A DNA stretch of 64,000 nt from an uncultured Desulfatitalea sp. (GTDB lineage: Bacteria > Desulfobacterota > Desulfobacteria > Desulfobacterales > Desulfosarcinaceae). Under the pieces are notes generated by a model. The model saw only the letters and a program-made list of their open reading frames with translations. It did no database searches and was not told the origin of the DNA. Positions 60,334 through 64,000 of this stretch are shown here, in pieces. Location: positions 320,749-384,748 of the forward strand of contig CALMNL010000004.1 of NCBI GenBank assembly GCA_937868765.1, given 5' to 3'. Position 1 is the first letter of the stretch, and the number at the start of each line of letters is the position of its first letter. Both the position numbers and the translations under genes were made by a program.

Positions 60334-61216
60334 CGATTTCAAGGCCGGCCTGGTGGCCATCGTGGGTGCGCCCAATGCGGGCAAGTCCACCCTGCTCAAC
60401 CAGATGCTGGGCCAGAAGATCTCGATCACCAGCCAGAAACCGCAGACCACGCGCAACCGCATCCTGGGGGTACTGGACCAGCCCGGGGCCCAGTTGATCT
60501 TTCTGGATACCCCCGGCATCCACCGCGCCGGCAAGCCGCTCAACGTGCGCATCGTGGACGTGGCCATCTCCACCCTGGCCGACGCCGACGTGGTGCTGGT
60601 GATGATGGACGCGGCCGCGCCCAACACCGATGCCGAAGCCTATCTCATCGAAAAGCTCAAGAGCCACCCCCGGCCGGCGGTGCTGGCCCTCAACAAAATC
60701 GACCTGATCGAAAAGCCCAAATTGCTGGGCCTCATCGACCAGTGGTCCCAGGCCCACGCCTTCGAGGCCATCGTACCCATCAGCGCCGAAAAGAACATCC
60801 AGGTAGACCGGCTCATCCAGGCCATGGTCGACCTGCTGCCCCAGAGTCCGCCGCTCTATCCGCCGGGCAGCCTCACCGACCTGAGCGAACGCTTCATCGC
60901 CGGCGAGATGATCCGCGAGAAGGTGTTCCGACTCACCGGCGAAGAGGTGCCCTATGCCGTGGCGGTCACCATCGACGACTACAAGGAAGAAAAAGAGGGC
61001 CGGCTGGTCAAGATCTTCGCCACCATCCACGTGGAGCGCGACTCCCAGAAGGCGATCGTCATCGGCAGGGGGGGCGCCAAGCTCAAGGAGATCGGCGAAG
61101 CGGCCCGCAAGGAGATCGAGCGCATGGTGGGCTGCCAGGTTTATTTGAAACTCTTCGTGCGCGTGCAGAAGAACTGGTCGAAGGATCCCAAGGCGCTGCA
61201 GCGCTTCGGCTATTGA
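60302..61216 (+). CDS. era: GTPase Era
   Basis: GAPNAGKSTLLN, DTPG, NKID, and a C-terminal KH domain (VIGRGGAKLKEIG). Start ATG 60302 or TTG 60290; overlaps engB. Confidence 0.8.
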   Translation: MDPKTETNIPDDFKAGLVAIVGAPNAGKSTLLNQMLGQKISITSQKPQTTRNRILGVLDQPGAQLIFLDTPGIHRAGKPLNVRIVDVAISTLADADVVLVMMDAAAPNTDAEAYLIEKLKSHPRPAVLALNKIDLIEKPKLLGLIDQWSQAHAFEAIVPISAEKNIQVDRLIQAMVDLLPQSPPLYPPGSLTDLSERFIAGEMIREKVFRLTGEEVPYAVAVTIDDYKEEKEGRLVKIFATIHVERDSQKAIVIGRGGAKLKEIGEAARKEIERMVGCQVYLKLFVRVQKNWSKDPKALQRFGY

Positions 61217-61220
61217 CCGC

Positions 61221-62060
61221 ATGATCCTGTCATACAACCCCGTCATCGAGGCCGGCAAGAACCGCTTGTGCGCCGGCCGCCTGCCCGATGAGGACGATCT
61301 GGCCGCCATCCGGCGCGCCGAGGCCGTGATCCTGCCCCAGGGGTGCTCCGAGGCGCTCTACCGCATGGCCCGGGAGAATTGCGCCCACGTCTTTCCCAAC
61401 CTGGACGTGCGCTTCGACTACCCCGGCAAATGCGGCCAGATCCGGCTCTTCCGCGAATTCCAGGTCGCCCACCCGACCAGCGCGCCATTTGCTTCCCTGG
61501 CCGACCACCACGCCCGGCCCCCGGCCCTGCCCCTGCCGGTGGTGCTCAAGCTCGATTGGGGCGGCCAGGGCGAAACCGTCTTCAAAGTGAATGATACAGC
61601 CGAAATGGCGCGCGCCCTGGCACGGGTGGCGGCCTGCGAGGCCACCGGCCAGAGCGGCTTTCTGGTTCAAGAGTGGATCCCCGACGGCGGCCGTTCGCTG
61701 CGGGTGACGGTGGTCGGCCGGCGCCGCATCTGCTACTGGCGCATCCAGCCCGACCCCGAGCGCTTCGGCGCCAGCCTGGCCGCCGGCGGCCGGGTCGATG
61801 CGGACGCCGATCCAAACCTGCAGGCAGCGGCCCGAGCGGTGGTGGACCACTTCTGCCGGCGCACCGGACTGCAATTGGCCGGTTTCGACCTTCTCTTCGA
61901 TACGCGCCGCCTGGCACAGGGCCGCATCGAACCGCTCATGCTGGAGATCAACTACTTCTTCGGCCGCGCCGGCCTGGGTGGATCCGAGGGGTACTACCGC
62001 ATATTGCAAGAAGAAGTAACGGCCTGGCTGGCGCAAAGCGGATTACAAGCCCCCTGTTGA
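61221..62060 (+). CDS. ATP-grasp domain protein (RimK/GSH-synthetase-like fold)
   Basis: PVVLKLDWGGQGETVFKV, FLVQEWIP, and EINYFFG resemble ATP-grasp motifs. Substrate unknown. Confidence 0.55.
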   Translation: MILSYNPVIEAGKNRLCAGRLPDEDDLAAIRRAEAVILPQGCSEALYRMARENCAHVFPNLDVRFDYPGKCGQIRLFREFQVAHPTSAPFASLADHHARPPALPLPVVLKLDWGGQGETVFKVNDTAEMARALARVAACEATGQSGFLVQEWIPDGGRSLRVTVVGRRRICYWRIQPDPERFGASLAAGGRVDADADPNLQAAARAVVDHFCRRTGLQLAGFDLLFDTRRLAQGRIEPLMLEINYFFGRAGLGGSEGYYRILQEEVTAWLAQSGLQAPC

Positions 62061-62116
62061 AGGCCCGGTGGCGGTCTTGGTTCACCGATCACCAGGCCCC
62101 GATTCGGGTACGCTCT

Positions 62117-62680
62117 TTATGCCGTTTCCAAGTACACCTCCTGCAGCCGTTCGAGCAAGCGATGATAAGCTTCGTGCTTGCCGGCACCGATCCTTTCGGC
62201 TTCGATGCGATCAAAGCCCTTCGTCAACTCGTTCAGTTGCGATGAGGACAGGCAGCGCCCGGCAATGACAAACAGCACTTCATTCTCTTTGTCGATGTGC
62301 TGGCCCAACAGTTCGATATAGGTTCGGGCATGCGTGGCAAGCACCCGGGCCGCATTGCTGTCGCCGGCCCTGTATCGATCGAGGGCGAGCTTCATTTCGC
62401 GAACCTGTTCGCGGCCCAACTGATGCTCTTTGAGCATGACACCGATCGGTCCCCCCTGTGTGCTGACCCCGGCCGCCGCCAGAGCGGGAAAAAGCAGCTC
62501 TTCTTCTTTGCCATGGTGGCAGCGGTCCACGAATACGCTGAAAAAGTCGATTAACTGCGCAAGATGCGCCGGTTCGGCAATGGTTCCGGTGGTCTCGATG
62601 GTCAGGCGGATCCGATGCAAGATAGCCAGGGTCAACTTGACCGCTTCGTGTTCCTGTTTGAGTTCCTCGATGGGGTTCAT
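62117..62680 (-). CDS. Hemerythrin-like (HHE cation-binding) domain protein
   Basis: MNPIEELKQEHE...HHGKEEELLFP...EHQ... is an H/E iron-ligand pattern. AAAGGAG RBS. 17 bp downstream of norB. Confidence 0.65.
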   Translation of the reverse strand: MNPIEELKQEHEAVKLTLAILHRIRLTIETTGTIAEPAHLAQLIDFFSVFVDRCHHGKEEELLFPALAAAGVSTQGGPIGVMLKEHQLGREQVREMKLALDRYRAGDSNAARVLATHARTYIELLGQHIDKENEVLFVIAGRCLSSSQLNELTKGFDRIEAERIGAGKHEAYHRLLERLQEVYLETA

Positions 62681-62697
62681 GATTATTCTCCTTTCGT

Positions 62698-63999
62698 TCA
62701 GGCCGCTGCGCGTTCCGGCCGAGGCTTCAGGTCGCGCACCGTTTCGTCTCTGGTTTGGACATAGGACCATCCCGTCACCAAACCGATGACAAAGTAGGCC
62801 AGCGCGCCGGTGCCGACCAGAAATACCGTATCGCCGATCATTCTAAGCCAGCGCAGGGTGTGCATGATCGGCTGTTGCAGAAATTCGGCGCTGCGGGCGT
62901 ACCACAGGCCGTGTTCGATGCTGGCCCAGGTCTGCATCAGGCCGATGGGCAGCAGGCTGAGGCCGATCATCAGCACCAGACCGGCGTTCATCGACCAGAA
63001 GGCCAACTGCAAAGGCGCCTGCCGCCATGCCCGCTGCGGGTAGAGCCGTCTGAGCACGATCAGCACCAGCCCGAGGGCCAGCAGGCCATAAACACCGAAA
63101 AGTGCGGCATGCGCGTGCACCGCCGTGGTGTTCAATCCTTGCATGTAGTAAAGGGCGATGGGCGGATTGATCAAAAAACCGAAGATGCCCGCGCCCACCA
63201 GGTTCCAGAAGGCCACGCCCAGAAAAAAGCGGATGGGCCAGCGGTATTTCTCCATCCAGGTCGCCGCCTTTTCTTTCTGGAAAGTTTCCCAGGCTTCGAA
63301 CCCGATCAAGGCCAGGGGCACCACTTCAAGGGCGCTGAAGGTCGCGCCCACGGCCATGATGGAAATAGGCGTGCCGCTGAAATACAGATGATGAAAGGTC
63401 CCCGGGATGCCGCCGAACAGGTATATGGCGGAAGAGATTAAGACTGCCCGGGTCGCATTTTGCGAACGGATCAGGCCCAATCGCGTAAAGATGAATGCGA
63501 TGGCGGCGGTGGCGAAGACCTCGAAAAAACCCTCGACCCATAGATGGACCACCCACCAGCGCCAGTATTCCATTACCGTCAGATGGGTCCTGGCGCCGTA
63601 GAAGAAACCGGCGCCGTAGAAAAGACCGATGGCGGCCGAGGATCCGGCGAAGAGCAACACCAGCTGTCGGCGGTGGCCCTTTTGCCGCAACGCCGGCCAC
63701 AGGCCGCGCAGCATGAGCGTCAGCCACAGAAGCAGCCCGATAAAAAGCAGGATTTGCCAGAACCGGCCCAAATCCACATACTCATACCCCTGCTGGCCGA
63801 ACCAGAAACCGGCGTTCAGACCGAAAACCTGCTGAACCGAGAGCCATTCGCCGACCAGCGAACCGGCCACGACCAGGAGCAGGGCGCCGAAGAGAAGGTT
63901 GACCCCCAGGCGCTGGAAGCGGGGTTCGCGTCCGCCCACCGCCGGCGCCAGGTACAAACCGGTGGCCAGAAAGGCCGTGGCGATCCAGAATACGGCCAA
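62698..63999 (-). CDS. norB: Nitric-oxide reductase large subunit (NorB, heme-copper oxidase family); 3' portion only, 5' end beyond the window
   Basis: Polytopic protein with HLWVEGFFEVF, HHLYFSG and HAHAALFGV (His ligands of heme-copper oxidases; NorB-like Glu-rich motif). No start codon in the window. Confidence 0.6.
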   Translation of the reverse strand: MAVFWIATAFLATGLYLAPAVGGREPRFQRLGVNLLFGALLLVVAGSLVGEWLSVQQVFGLNAGFWFGQQGYEYVDLGRFWQILLFIGLLLWLTLMLRGLWPALRQKGHRRQLVLLFAGSSAAIGLFYGAGFFYGARTHLTVMEYWRWWVVHLWVEGFFEVFATAAIAFIFTRLGLIRSQNATRAVLISSAIYLFGGIPGTFHHLYFSGTPISIMAVGATFSALEVVPLALIGFEAWETFQKEKAATWMEKYRWPIRFFLGVAFWNLVGAGIFGFLINPPIALYYMQGLNTTAVHAHAALFGVYGLLALGLVLIVLRRLYPQRAWRQAPLQLAFWSMNAGLVLMIGLSLLPIGLMQTWASIEHGLWYARSAEFLQQPIMHTLRWLRMIGDTVFLVGTGALAYFVIGLVTGWSYVQTRDETVRDLKPRPERAAA

Positions 64000-64000
64000 C

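Overview
High-GC (about 65%) chromosomal segment that looks like a Desulfobacterota (deltaproteobacterial) anaerobe. Most of the window is conserved core gene blocks. These are: the tail of a 2-oxoacid:ferredoxin oxidoreductase followed by lutABC (lactate utilisation); an adaptive-response operon with a mycobacteria-like Ada-AlkA fusion plus ogt; tRNA-Asp and tRNA-Val followed by the classical tig-clpP-clpX-lon block with tRNA-Leu; an AmiC-type amidase, tRNA-Pro and Kup; an acyl-ACP thioesterase and fabH; a DEAD-box helicase; a pspA-nfeD-flotillin operon; a pstC-pstA-pstS-pstB-phoU operon in an unusual order; a glycine-rich RRM RNA-binding protein; glnS; a CPA2/RCK K+ antiporter; nfo, cspA, hdrCB, a CadC/CadA-type metal-efflux pair, engB and era; and norB with a hemerythrin-domain gene that runs off the 3' end. 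Accessory-looking DNA sits at about 6.3-14.2 kb and about 28-29.3 kb, with gene-sized segments of visibly lower GC. The most unusual content is a two-gene minus-strand operon at 9964-13222. It encodes a GNAT (N-acyl-amino-acid-synthase-like) domain fused to a Crp-type cNMP-binding/HTH regulator, followed by a ThiF/E1-like adenylyltransferase fused to tandem nitroreductase-like domains. It is flanked by a membrane-anchored low-GC SAM methyltransferase, a Wzx-type flippase, a sialidase-fold-like lipoprotein, and a strongly promoted small Lys-rich ORF. I propose it as a candidate, apparently undescribed, cNMP-gated small-molecule or lipid modification and signalling module. Other points of interest are an ORFan in an AT-flanked islet, a eukaryote-like GRP/RD-repeat RRM protein with a cold-shock-type leader, a candidate CRP/FNR-type site upstream of orphan hdrCB near nitrosative-stress genes, and several overlapping or coupled gene pairs. 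No CRISPR array, IS element or integrase was seen. All GC statements are by eye; no database searches were possible.
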